39,235 nt of DNA. Source: Candidatus Micrarchaeia archaeon (GTDB lineage: Archaea > Micrarchaeota > Micrarchaeia > CAILAH01). The position numbers were made by a program, and so were the translations under genes. Shown here piece by piece: positions 26,888-35,446 of this stretch. Every line of letters begins with the position of its first letter. Position 1 is the stretch's first letter. The DNA is taken from NCBI GenBank assembly GCA_049970015.1, contig JBMFNT010000003.1, positions 1-39,235 on the forward strand. The letters run 5' to 3'. The notes below the pieces were generated by a model. It did no database searches. It was not told where the DNA came from and saw only the letters and a program-made list of their open reading frames with translations.

Positions 26888-27535
26888 ATGCCAAAGGTAA
26901 CAATTGTTTATGTAATCATGTTCGCCTTGTTAGTAGTAATTGGGGTGCTGATTGTACTAAGTGCATTGTCTTATCAAAGCCCAGAGCTGCCGAATAGCCG
27001 TAGCACGAACGAGATATTCAGATGGGGTGCCATATACAGGCTCAATGCAGTATCAACATTCAAGTATGGGCTTGTAAGCATTCAAAAAAAAGAGCTGAGA
27101 AGGGTTGATGCATTATACTCCAAGGAAGCAAAAGGGGATAAGATAGTTGTATATATTGGTTTATACAATGGTAGTTCGCTCGTGCAGGAAGGGAACGGTG
27201 TTGTCCTTGATGCTATAACATACAAATGCAGCAATAGGTACTTAAACTATAGGCTTGTGCCATGCTCAACAAAGTTTGACCGTGACACCGAGCTTGCGGC
27301 ATCATTTCTCCCAGACATGCTCAACAAGAATACTGCCATGCAAGTCACCGATATGATTAAGATGCCTTTTCAGGGAAAGGAGTATGATGCAGTCATGCTC
27401 ACAGTGCCTGACATGGAAATTAATGTATACTTTTCTGCAGATGTGCCACTCCCACTAAGGATTGAAAGGAAAAGTGATGGGGAAATGCAAATTGCAAACC
27501 TAAAGTCATATGAAGGAGTAGTAAAAGCAGAGTAA
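26888..27535 (+). CDS. N-terminally anchored hypothetical protein
   Basis: One N-terminal TM helix (IVYVIMFALLVVIGVLIVLSAL), then a ~185 aa body. No motif recognised. Confidence 0.45.
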   Translation: MPKVTIVYVIMFALLVVIGVLIVLSALSYQSPELPNSRSTNEIFRWGAIYRLNAVSTFKYGLVSIQKKELRRVDALYSKEAKGDKIVVYIGLYNGSSLVQEGNGVVLDAITYKCSNRYLNYRLVPCSTKFDRDTELAASFLPDMLNKNTAMQVTDMIKMPFQGKEYDAVMLTVPDMEINVYFSADVPLPLRIERKSDGEMQIANLKSYEGVVKAE

Positions 27536-27544
27536 AAATCCTAT

Positions 27545-28360
27545 TCATATTAATGCAGCTATGAGGTATAGAACTGAGTATACCAGAAATTCTGCTGGTG
27601 GGTATAGCAGGAGTCCATTCCTTATGCTCTGTATATCGTAATATGGGTCGCTTTTCGTGATAAGCACTATATTTGCCTCATCCCGTATCCTGTCGCTTGA
27701 TTTTGAGATAACTTCAATCTTTACTGGGATCGTCTCCTCATCAGTGTTAACAATCTCGTAGTATGCAGTTGTGCTGCTCTTGCCGGGCACGAAAACCTCT
27801 TTCTCAAAATTCCATCCTGCAATCCCTTTGCCGCGTAGTATAAACATATCACTTGCTGTGCTTGGATTTGTTACGCGTACTGAATACCTACCAGGGGAAC
27901 CTACCTGTACCACCTGAGTTTCGGGAAATACATAGAGATCAACAGCATCTTCCCTAACATCAACATTAACATAGAATGTTACTTTCTCGCCTATTTTTTC
28001 CCTGTCCATCTCATCATTGACGGAAAGTTCAAGCCTGTAAGTGCCCTCTCTCGCATCAGGTGGGGCACGTACGTTTATCTTAAGCTGAGGGCCGTACTCT
28101 GAATATGTTGAAATCCACCCATCAGGCATATCCTCAACCTTTAAGTTGTCCCAATTGCCACCCTGACCATACTTTCCCCCAGTGTCAACCTTGGAGGATA
28201 CTGTAATTGAGAGTGTCTGGCCTGGGCCTATAAAGCCAGCGTTTATTGAATCACCATTCTTGACGATTTTTTCCTCAGGCTCAATCACACTAACCTCACC
28301 AGGACCAACAGAAAATACAAGCGCAAAAGCCAATAGTGATATGAAAAGCATCTTTTGCAT
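27545..28360 (-). CDS. Signal-peptide, C-terminally anchored beta-rich surface protein
   Basis: Signal peptide MQKMLFISLLAFALVFSVG, two Ig-like-looking segments (GTYRLELSV, GRYSVRVTN) and a hydrophobic C-terminus (FLVYSVLYLIAALI). Confidence 0.5.
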   Translation of the reverse strand: MQKMLFISLLAFALVFSVGPGEVSVIEPEEKIVKNGDSINAGFIGPGQTLSITVSSKVDTGGKYGQGGNWDNLKVEDMPDGWISTYSEYGPQLKINVRAPPDAREGTYRLELSVNDEMDREKIGEKVTFYVNVDVREDAVDLYVFPETQVVQVGSPGRYSVRVTNPSTASDMFILRGKGIAGWNFEKEVFVPGKSSTTAYYEIVNTDEETIPVKIEVISKSSDRIRDEANIVLITKSDPYYDIQSIRNGLLLYPPAEFLVYSVLYLIAALI

Positions 28361-28662
28361 ATCTTTGTATTATGTTAGAAAGCATAAAAATCTACTATTG
28401 CATCTCAGCCGCTGTCGACATCCTCACAGGAACTAAACCGGTGCATCATCCGGAACCCTCGGAGGTTGTCATCCTCATCACAGATGCACATATATTATGA
28501 GATGCGCGGTTTATATATGTTCCCAATTTTCCTTAATCTCATCAATACACCACATTCCATAGGAATCTCATTATCGAAATGCTTGAGTGGGCTTTGGAAA
28601 GCTGATGCACTTTTTTGGCCTTCACTACCCAGTGCCATGTTTCTCATTGTTCAATTTCTTCG

Positions 28663-28962
28663 CTAGGACTTCCTAATCATTCTTCCCAATTCATATTGTA
28701 GGGAGGATATCATAACCTTAACATCCTCTCTGTGTTGGACCGGTACCACATCCTTAAGTTCAACCATGTCCGAACTTTTTAGGTTTATACGGTCGAGTAG
28801 GTAACATGCATTCTTGATGAGTTCATCAGGCTCTCTCCCTGTTATCCTCTTTATATGGCCAAGGACTTTCTTAATGTTCGGCTTCATTCCCAATGCGAGA
28901 TGAACGTCATAGATATCCTTTCCCAACGCCCTCCTGCTCAATGCGATTATCTTCTCAGCCAC
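28663..28962 (-). pseudogene. C-terminal fragment of an AbiEii/DUF1814-like nucleotidyltransferase (N-terminal catalytic half missing)
   Basis: AEKIIALSRRALGKDIYDVHLAL resembles the conserved helical motif of AbiEii-family toxins. There is no G[GS]...DxD NTase core and only 99 codons from a GTG. It sits next to ~300 nt of apparently non-coding DNA. Confidence 0.45.
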
Positions 28963-29072
28963 AAGATACTCTTTTCTTTATAGATTTCATACATGAATTT
29001 ATCAACTTTTTAAGTAAAATGTAGAGGTAAGAATTTATTATTTGGAAGGCATTTCACTATCATCCACTACAA

Positions 29073-29597
29073 CTATCTGCCAAACCTTCCCTTTAACTCA
29101 TAATATCCTATTATGTGCCCTTCCATTGCATGCTCAAGCGCTTCTCTTGATGTACCGTTCCCTATTGTTAAACTTGTGTTGAGTGCATATACCTTAAAAT
29201 AGTACGTATGCTGTGAATTACGCGGAGGGCATGGACCGCCATAACCCACACTGCCAAAATCATTTGTGCCTTCATAATCAAGGGTTGCATTCTCAGGAAT
29301 ATCTGTTAAGGCCGGGGGAATGTTCCATGCTATCCAGTGCGTGAATGTACCAAGGGGTGCATCAGGATCATCCACTATAATTGCAATTGACTCCGTGCCA
29401 TCTGGAATTGAATCTATGTGAAGAGGAGGATTCACATCTATGCCTTCACAAGTATACTTTTCTGGAATAATTCCATTGTTATCAAATGCACTGCTTACCA
29501 ATTTCATGTCCGATTTTGGGAGGGGATGTTGCTGAGAGTAGCAACCTGCAAAAAGCAGGGATAGCAGTACAAGGTATGAAAATTTAGTACAATCCAT
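29073..29597 (-). CDS. PEBP family protein (YbhB/YbcL-type), probable lipoprotein
   Basis: Signal/lipobox LLSLLFAGC, then DDPDAPLGTFTHWIAWNIP and GYGGPCPP...HTYYFKVYAL, the PEBP signatures. Confidence 0.85.
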   Translation of the reverse strand: MDCTKFSYLVLLSLLFAGCYSQQHPLPKSDMKLVSSAFDNNGIIPEKYTCEGIDVNPPLHIDSIPDGTESIAIIVDDPDAPLGTFTHWIAWNIPPALTDIPENATLDYEGTNDFGSVGYGGPCPPRNSQHTYYFKVYALNTSLTIGNGTSREALEHAMEGHIIGYYELKGRFGR

Positions 29598-29655
29598 AAA
29601 ATGAGATGCTAGAGAATGTTTTTAACCTTTTGTGAGCGGGAGATCCCAACATCTA

Positions 29656-30240
29656 TCATTCCATGATGAAAACTGCTGCTGCAATAACTGTTGTCCAAAG
29701 ACCATCCTTATTGCCTTCTGCTGACTGACATATATGTGTGGTTTTGAATATATTACCGCTTGCCATGTATACTTGCTTCCTCTCATCCCATGCCTGGCCT
29801 GGGTCGAACGGCACACCTAGTGTTGTTGCAAGCATAGTAGCTGCAAGGTCTTCTGCATACTCTCCAGCGATTGCACCTTTCTCACCATAAGCATGGTGCT
29901 CTGAGAGGTAGCCATATGCTTCCCTATCTGCTGGCACTGCAAGCCCAACCGCTGCAGAAATCAAACGGTTTGGTTCATTGGTCTCGTTCCGCGCCATAAC
30001 ACAGTAAGTAATCTGGCCTGGTTTTATCAGCTTTTTTCCCTCCTCACTAGAGATTATCTTGCAGCCTGGAGGAAATATGCTGGACACATAAACAAGGTTA
30101 CACTGCTGAATACCAGCATCCCTTAAAGCAAGCTCAAAGGAGGCTAGCCTATCCTTATGTACACCTACTCCTTTAACAAAGAAAACCTTTTTTGGAACAG
30201 ATACTAAAGATGGGTTATTAGATGGTGTTTGCTCACTCAC
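29656..30240 (-). CDS. pdaD: Pyruvoyl-dependent arginine decarboxylase
   Basis: [41 protein letters not shown], including the self-cleavage VSS site. GTG start. Confidence 0.9.
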   Translation of the reverse strand: MSEQTPSNNPSLVSVPKKVFFVKGVGVHKDRLASFELALRDAGIQQCNLVYVSSIFPPGCKIISSEEGKKLIKPGQITYCVMARNETNEPNRLISAAVGLAVPADREAYGYLSEHHAYGEKGAIAGEYAEDLAATMLATTLGVPFDPGQAWDERKQVYMASGNIFKTTHICQSAEGNKDGLWTTVIAAAVFIME

Positions 30241-30316
30241 GTACCTTCACTAAACTATCTTAGATAGATTAATTTTAAAAATATATAACTTAAGTAGAGG
30301 AATAGACCAATAGGCA

Positions 30317-31477
30317 TTACGGTTGTTTCCAGTCTATTTCATAGTATTCGTATCTGCTGCCCTTCATCTCTATCCTCCTAACCAAGTAGTATGTGACGCT
30401 CGTCTCACGGTCAACGATTGCTAGAAGAAGGTTAAGGCCTATCCTCTTTGCAGACTCTATTGCGCCTGCAAGGTATGCACCGCTTATCTTCTCATCCTCA
30501 TTCAGCGCAAGCATAAGATATTTTGGAGAGCCGTTGTCAGGAGTTTCAATACCGCCTTTCTTCCTATGGTATAAAAGGAAATCTGCCTGCGTTTCACTCA
30601 CTAATTCCTCTCCTGGGATTGCAAGTATGAATGTTTTGCGAACGGAATGTGCAACACGGATCGCGCGCGAAAGCTCTGAGGTTAAAAGCTGCATATCACG
30701 CGGAAATACATGTAGCACATGTTTTGAGTGTATCCATTCATCCTCTTCGCGTGCAGGTGATGCACCTGGAAAATATATCCTGAAATGCGTTCCAAACTTA
30801 AACCCTGTCTTTACTATAAACCCGCGCAATCTCCAATCTTCATAAACGTTGTATATTGGCTCAAAAAAACTGTTATTCATCTTTGCATAACTTATGATCT
30901 CTTCAACAGTTGCATTCTCGATTTTTATTGAGCTGTGCTTTGCAAGAAACACTGTTTCAAATATGTCAAGCTTGGAATACTTGCCATGCTTGTCTGCCTT
31001 GTAAGTGCCATACTGTCCAAACCAGTACTCACGATACATACGCTCTCCAATCTCGCTATCATCGATCACTGACATGTTGTCATCTGGGTAAAACCGCGCC
31101 ACTGCACCATACTTTGGAACATCAAAGCCCGGGGAGGGATATTTCTGTGTTGGGTTTCTTGAGTATGTCTTTGCTTCTGAAACCGGCCTAATAACAAGGC
31201 CGCGGTCTCTCCAGTCCTTGAATGCGTAATACCTTGTCATAAGCCTTGGCACATCACTATAATGCGAGGCAAGCTCATTAAACCGCATCTCCCTACCAAA
31301 TTCATCAAGGCATCTGCCATTGCGCACATCGAGCATGTACATTGCATCTTCCGGGGAAAGGAATACTGCTGCACCTTCGCTCTCACCATAGTAAGCCTTT
31401 CTCAAAGTGGATACGCTAGATGGGTCACCAACAACAAGTTTCCTGTCCTCTTCAAAAAACTCTATCTCTATTGGCAA
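30317..31477 (-). CDS. endA: tRNA-splicing endonuclease, single-chain three-unit architecture
   Basis: Unit 1 is an N-domain ending in YYAFKDWRDRGLVIRP without a catalytic core. Unit 2 is a full catalytic unit, YNVYEDWRLRGFIVKTGFKFGTHFRIYFPG...HSKHVLHV...RVAHSVRKTFILAI (Y/H/K triad). Unit 3 is an extra C-domain, ADFLLYHRK...KYLMLAL...RIGLNLLLAIVDRETSVTYYLVRRI. The proposed start is the in-frame TTG at 31477. The listed ATG at 31627 would overlap xpd by 102 nt and add a hydrophobic non-homologous leader. Confidence 0.8.
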   Translation of the reverse strand: MPIEIEFFEEDRKLVVGDPSSVSTLRKAYYGESEGAAVFLSPEDAMYMLDVRNGRCLDEFGREMRFNELASHYSDVPRLMTRYYAFKDWRDRGLVIRPVSEAKTYSRNPTQKYPSPGFDVPKYGAVARFYPDDNMSVIDDSEIGERMYREYWFGQYGTYKADKHGKYSKLDIFETVFLAKHSSIKIENATVEEIISYAKMNNSFFEPIYNVYEDWRLRGFIVKTGFKFGTHFRIYFPGASPAREEDEWIHSKHVLHVFPRDMQLLTSELSRAIRVAHSVRKTFILAIPGEELVSETQADFLLYHRKKGGIETPDNGSPKYLMLALNEDEKISGAYLAGAIESAKRIGLNLLLAIVDRETSVTYYLVRRIEMKGSRYEYYEIDWKQP

Positions 31478-31489
31478 GCAATCGACCCA

Positions 31490-31501
31490 AATTATATAAA
31501 A
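31490..31501. promoter_or_regulatory. Palindromic TATA element (TTATATAA) in the 48-nt endA/xpd divergent spacer
   Basis: attatataaaat lies 25-35 nt upstream of the xpd ATG (31526) and is the only AT-rich box in the spacer. Its spacing to the endA TTG is shorter than ideal, so its use for endA is uncertain. Confidence 0.35.
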
Positions 31502-31525
31502 TGAGAATAAGTTATTAATGTTGCT

Positions 31526-33337
31526 ATGAAACTGCTCACACGGTACAGGAAATTGAGGAAAGGACAAGAAGAGATGGCACATGATGTGTACAATGCAATA
31601 ATCAGAGAAATGAACATTATGGTACACGCGCCAACTGGAATAGGAAAAACAGATGCATCACTGGCTGCGGCCATAACTGCTGCAACTGAAACTGGGAGCG
31701 ATGTTTTGTTTATAACACCAAAAAACTCACAGCACAAGATTGCAAATGATGTTGTCAAAGGAATATGTAATGCATACAATCTTGGCCTGTGCTCGAGCGA
31801 GTTGGTTGGGAAAAAGCATATGTGCAACTTAAAGCGCACTGAAAACCTGCAGTTTGAGGATTTTTACCATATGTGCAGGATGCGCATAAAGAACGGTACA
31901 TGTCCTTATTATGAGAAAGCAAAGGATGGCAGAAACATTGCACTTCCTGAACAGTTTAATCTCACACATAATGAGTTGTGTGAACTGGGGCAGAAGAGAG
32001 GTGTTTGTGCATATGAGCTTGCGATGGGGGCGGCATCAAGGTCGCAAGTCATCATAGGAGATTATTCGCACGTGCTAATGCCTGCAATCGCATACCCTTT
32101 CCTTAAAAGGTCAGGAAAGACACTTAAAAACTCCATAGTGATTGTTGATGAGGCCCACAACCTGAGTATAAGGTTGCGCGAGCACCTGTCAAGCAGAATG
32201 TCGGAAAAGATGATAATCAGAGCAAGGAAGGAATGTGCACATTTTGATTCTGAACTCCTATCATTCCTTGAGAAAAAGTTTGGGGACTGGTGCAGGTATA
32301 CACTAGGAAGAAGAGATGAGAGAACTGTTGATAAAGAAGAATTGCTTAAGCTTATTGAACTTGAAATGCAGATTGAAGAACTCGTTAATGAGCTTTACGA
32401 GATAGGTGATAAGTGGATTGAGGAAATGAACGTGGCAAGTGCATGCATAAGGATTGCAAACTTCATAGAAATGTGGGTTGATGATACAAATGAAGAAAAG
32501 TTTGCAAGGATAGTGAAAGAAAGCAATGGCAATTATTTTGTTGAAAAGCTGTGCCTGTCTCCAGACATTGTAACTTCAAAGCTTAATGAGGCAATATCTG
32601 CCGTCCTTATGAGTGGTACATTGAAGCCGTTTGAAATGCACAGGGATGTTATCGGGCTTGATCCTCAAAGGACAATGTTTAGAGAATATGAAAGCCCATT
32701 CCCAAAAGATAACTGCCTTAAGCTTATTGATGGATCAATAACTACAAGGTATTCAAAAAGAGGGAAGGAGGAGTACAAAAAGGCAGGAAAGCGTATTTCC
32801 GAATTGTGTGCAATTAATCCAGGTAATGTAGCAGTGTTTTTCCCAAGCTATGAGGTTCTGAGAGGCGTGCTACCATATATAGAACCCGGGACCAAAGAGA
32901 TGATCGTGCAAAAACCTGATATGAGCCCGCAGGAAGTAAAATCAATAGTAAACAGGTTATGTGCAGAGGATGGGTATATACTTATCGGAGTACAGGGAGG
33001 AAGTCTATCGGAAGGTGTTGATTATGAAAACAATGCCCTAAAATGTGTAATAATTGTGGGGGTGCCGCTTGAAGAGATGAATGTAGAAGTTCGGGCAAGG
33101 ATTGAGTACTATGATAAGGTTTTTGGGAAGGGATGGGAGTATGGGTATGTAGGGCCAGCAATAACAAAAAGCCTTCAGGCTGCTGGCAGAGCTATAAGAA
33201 ACGCTGATGATAGAGCAATCATAGTGTTTCTGGATGAGAGGTTTGAGTGGAAAGGATACAGAGAATATTTGGGTGATGCTGAAAAAATGGAATATTCAAA
33301 AATAGATATGTTTTGGATTGATTATTCTGGGGGTTGA
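31526..33337 (+). CDS. xpd: XPD/Rad3-type Fe-S DNA helicase (DinG family)
   Basis: Walker A HAPTGIGKT, the Cys cluster C...C..C....C (KKHMCNL...YHMCRMRIKNGTCPYY...GVCAYE), DEAH box VDEAHNL, and C-terminal motifs QAAGRAIR. Confidence 0.9.
   Translation: MKLLTRYRKLRKGQEEMAHDVYNAIIREMNIMVHAPTGIGKTDASLAAAITAATETGSDVLFITPKNSQHKIANDVVKGICNAYNLGLCSSELVGKKHMCNLKRTENLQFEDFYHMCRMRIKNGTCPYYEKAKDGRNIALPEQFNLTHNELCELGQKRGVCAYELAMGAASRSQVIIGDYSHVLMPAIAYPFLKRSGKTLKNSIVIVDEAHNLSIRLREHLSSRMSEKMIIRARKECAHFDSELLSFLEKKFGDWCRYTLGRRDERTVDKEELLKLIELEMQIEELVNELYEIGDKWIEEMNVASACIRIANFIEMWVDDTNEEKFARIVKESNGNYFVEKLCLSPDIVTSKLNEAISAVLMSGTLKPFEMHRDVIGLDPQRTMFREYESPFPKDNCLKLIDGSITTRYSKRGKEEYKKAGKRISELCAINPGNVAVFFPSYEVLRGVLPYIEPGTKEMIVQKPDMSPQEVKSIVNRLCAEDGYILIGVQGGSLSEGVDYENNALKCVIIVGVPLEEMNVEVRARIEYYDKVFGKGWEYGYVGPAITKSLQAAGRAIRNADDRAIIVFLDERFEWKGYREYLGDAEKMEYSKIDMFWIDYSGG
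32318..32355. repeat. Dispersed 38-nt repeat, copy A (inside xpd)
   Basis: gagagaactgttgataaagaagaattgcttaagcttat is identical to 35433-35470 except at 32339 (g) versus 35454 (a). Confidence 0.9.
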
Positions 33338-33843
33338 CAACTGTTGTAAAATTTCATGAGCTCGTCTTCACTTACGCTTCCCTCAAGCACTTTACCATTC
33401 AATGTACATATATACTGAGGGACTACTGCACGCATGTTAGTGCAACCTGCCAGATTTACATACAATTTAGTATTGCTTGCATCTACTTTTGCTATGGGAT
33501 ATCCACGGGAAATCAGGTTATCTATTATTGGGTTCATCTGCTGACAGTATGGGCAAGTCGGCAGGTACATATACACAAGCACTGATTCAAAGCCCATTGT
33601 CTTAAAGCATTCCTCAACACTCTGTACTGCTTTCTGCCCATCTCCTGTTGCATTCGTGTCAAGCCCTTCATCAAACTCTGTTATATGCTCGTTCGCTTTA
33701 GAGATAGAGTTGCTTATGCTTTGTACAAATAAGTATATGGATACTAAGAGCAAGATTATGATTATGATTATGCCAGCAACAAGATATGTTTTTGGCACTT
33801 TACCCGGCTCAAGCCTCTTTGAAAGTTTTTTTGTGTGCTCCAT
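33322..33843 (-). CDS. Membrane-anchored thioredoxin/glutaredoxin-fold protein
   Basis: N-terminal TM helix and redox motif LPTCPYCQQMNP in a ~100 aa thioredoxin-like domain. The 3' end overlaps the xpd 3' end by 16 nt (convergent). Confidence 0.7.
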   Translation of the reverse strand: MEHTKKLSKRLEPGKVPKTYLVAGIIIIIILLLVSIYLFVQSISNSISKANEHITEFDEGLDTNATGDGQKAVQSVEECFKTMGFESVLVYMYLPTCPYCQQMNPIIDNLISRGYPIAKVDASNTKLYVNLAGCTNMRAVVPQYICTLNGKVLEGSVSEDELMKFYNSCQPPE

Positions 33844-33937
33844 AAAGATAATATCCTATGCATAAAATAAAAATGTATCTTGGTTAAAAAGTATGCATGG
33901 GCCCGTAGCTCAGTTTGGATAGAGCGGCGCTCTCCTA

Positions 33938-33969
33938 TAAGCTTTTTATTTTAGAAAAGAAAAGGAGCA
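33938..33969 (+). other. tRNA intron 1 (32 nt, canonical 37/38 position, relaxed BHB)
   Basis: Loop nt 32-35 CUCC pair with intron GGAG (33964-33967). The 3' site sits in a CA|A bulge and the 5' site in UA|U. The outer helix (CUUUU/AAAAG) is displaced by an internal loop. Confidence 0.75.
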
Positions 33970-33991
33970 AGGCGAAGGTCGAGGGTTCAAA

Positions 33992-34031
33992 TGCACTGGT
34001 GAACTGCACAACTTCACTAAAAAGCTGAATT
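33992..34031 (+). other. tRNA intron 2 (40 nt, T-loop position 59/60, strict hBHBh')
   Basis: The T-stem acts as h. UUCA (nt 54-57) pairs with intron UGAA (34026-34029) as the 4-bp H. The bulges are AA|U and UU|U, and the outer helix is GC/GC. Confidence 0.75.
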
Positions 34032-34071
34032 TCCCTCCGGGCCCGTTCTGTATATGTTTTGGGTCTTTGGT

Positions 34072-34365
34072 CTACTCAAACCCTAAAAGCGATTTCCAGT
34101 TTAATACATTGATCGTATACTTATCTTTTTTCTCCTTGTTTGGTTGCTCCTGTGTGCTTTCCTGTCCCGGTGTTTGTTTATCTTCTATCCGCTCTGGCAA
34201 TGGTTGCTGCTTAGGTACCTTAATAACCTGTGGCATCTGCTTTACTGAGATTGTTTGAGGAGCTGTTTGCCTATTCTGGAAGTAATATGCTTCCAGCCTT
34301 GAAATCCTCCTGTCTATATCTTCAAGCTTTGCATATATATCCTCAAGGGTTATCTTATCTGCCAT
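34072..34365 (-). CDS. Hypothetical small protein (coiled-coil N-terminus, Q/P/K-rich tail)
   Basis: 97-aa ORF divergent from mvk. No motif recognised and the composition is biased. Confidence 0.35.
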   Translation of the reverse strand: MADKITLEDIYAKLEDIDRRISRLEAYYFQNRQTAPQTISVKQMPQVIKVPKQQPLPERIEDKQTPGQESTQEQPNKEKKDKYTINVLNWKSLLGFE

Positions 34366-34388
34366 ACAATACCGTTTCTGATTGGAAG

Positions 34389-34400
34389 TTTATAATATTT
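34389..34400 (+). promoter_or_regulatory. TATA-box-like element upstream of mvk
   Basis: tttataatattt lies 21-32 nt upstream of ATGATG at 34421. This argues against the listed TTG (34382) and ATG (34403) starts and for a leaderless or short-leader mRNA. Confidence 0.4.
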
Positions 34401-34420
34401 CCATGCCCCTATATGAAAAT

Positions 34421-35446
34421 ATGATGGTAAGCGCACCTACAAAGATTATACTTTTTGGAGAGCATTATGTGGTTTATGGCGCCCCAGCACTATCCTTGGC
34501 AGTTGACCAGAGGAGAGTGGTGAATATTGAGGAAATAAAACCTGATGGAAGGGAGAGGATCGAGATTGTAAACCCTGTTTACAGTGAAGAGGGAATCATA
34601 TACCCTGATGGAAAATATGAGGGGCATAAACATGTGCAGATGCATGCTGCAATTTATAAAGAGATCTATAATAGAACTGGAAAATTGAATGGGAGAGTGT
34701 TTAGGGCAACATTTTTGGGAGAGAGGATATTCAAGGGGATGGGAGGGTCATCAGCGCTCGGTGCATGCATAGCACTCGGCTTGTACACGTTTGCTGGTGA
34801 GAGCCCGGATTTGGAGGAGATATTCAGGTGTGCACAGATAGGTGATGAAATCGATCACGGGGGGAGGCCTTCCGGAATTGATGCACGAACAGTTGTACAT
34901 GGAGGCATGATAAAGTTTTGGAGGGAGTTCAACCCGGATAGGTTTAATTTCAAAAAGGTTGAAATCTCGCTTCCAAAGGACACTTCCATAATAATCGTTG
35001 ACACGTTTAGAGGAAAAAGATGCAGTACAGGAGAACAGGTATTGCTGTTTGCCAAAAATAATGGAATAACAAAAAAACCCAGCGAGCTTGATGAGAAAGA
35101 GAGGGATAGGGTTATTCAACCTTACATTAGTATATATAACCGAGCACTTGCAGAGCTTAATCTGAATGGTAATCCAGAAAAGCTGGGCGAGCTGATGAAT
35201 AAGAATCATGAGCTGTTAAGGAATACTGGTATGTCAACAGATACAATAGAGCATGCAATCAAAATAATAATGAAAAATGGTGGGCTTGGTGCAAAGATTA
35301 CGGGTGCAGGTGGTGAAGGTGGGGCGATCATAGGGTATTTGTATAAAAAAGATCTGCAAAAAATTATGAATGTACTAAAAAAAGAAGGATATGACTCAAT
35401 TGAGCTTGAGCCCACAAATGATGGTGTCAGGAGAGAGAACTGTTGA
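34421..35446 (+). CDS. mvk: Mevalonate kinase (GHMP kinase)
   Basis: MMVSAPTKIILFGEHYVVYGAPAL, GHMP motif GMGGSSALGA, and motif III KITGAGGEGGAIIG. Confidence 0.85.
   Translation: MMVSAPTKIILFGEHYVVYGAPALSLAVDQRRVVNIEEIKPDGRERIEIVNPVYSEEGIIYPDGKYEGHKHVQMHAAIYKEIYNRTGKLNGRVFRATFLGERIFKGMGGSSALGACIALGLYTFAGESPDLEEIFRCAQIGDEIDHGGRPSGIDARTVVHGGMIKFWREFNPDRFNFKKVEISLPKDTSIIIVDTFRGKRCSTGEQVLLFAKNNGITKKPSELDEKERDRVIQPYISIYNRALAELNLNGNPEKLGELMNKNHELLRNTGMSTDTIEHAIKIIMKNGGLGAKITGAGGEGGAIIGYLYKKDLQKIMNVLKKEGYDSIELEPTNDGVRRENC

Larger units (their letters stand above)
33899..34045 (+). tRNA. tRNA-Arg (anticodon CCU) with two introns; the mature length is 75 nt without CCA
   Basis: Acceptor GGGCCCG/CGGGCCC, D-arm GCTC-AGTTTGGATA-GAGC, anticodon stem GCGCT/GGCGA, loop CU-CCU-A(intron)A, variable AGGTC, T-arm GAGGG-TTCAAA(intron)T-CCCTC and discriminator G. 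The cloverleaf forms only after removing 33938-33969 and 33992-34031. Confidence 0.85.

Noticed and set aside
31478-31627. The ATG starts at 31627 and 31582 for the endonuclease, as listed in the ORF track.
   Set aside because: They would overlap the divergent xpd gene by 57-102 nt. They would also add a Cys/Phe-rich leader with no counterpart in EndA proteins, and the homologous region begins right after the TTG at 31477.
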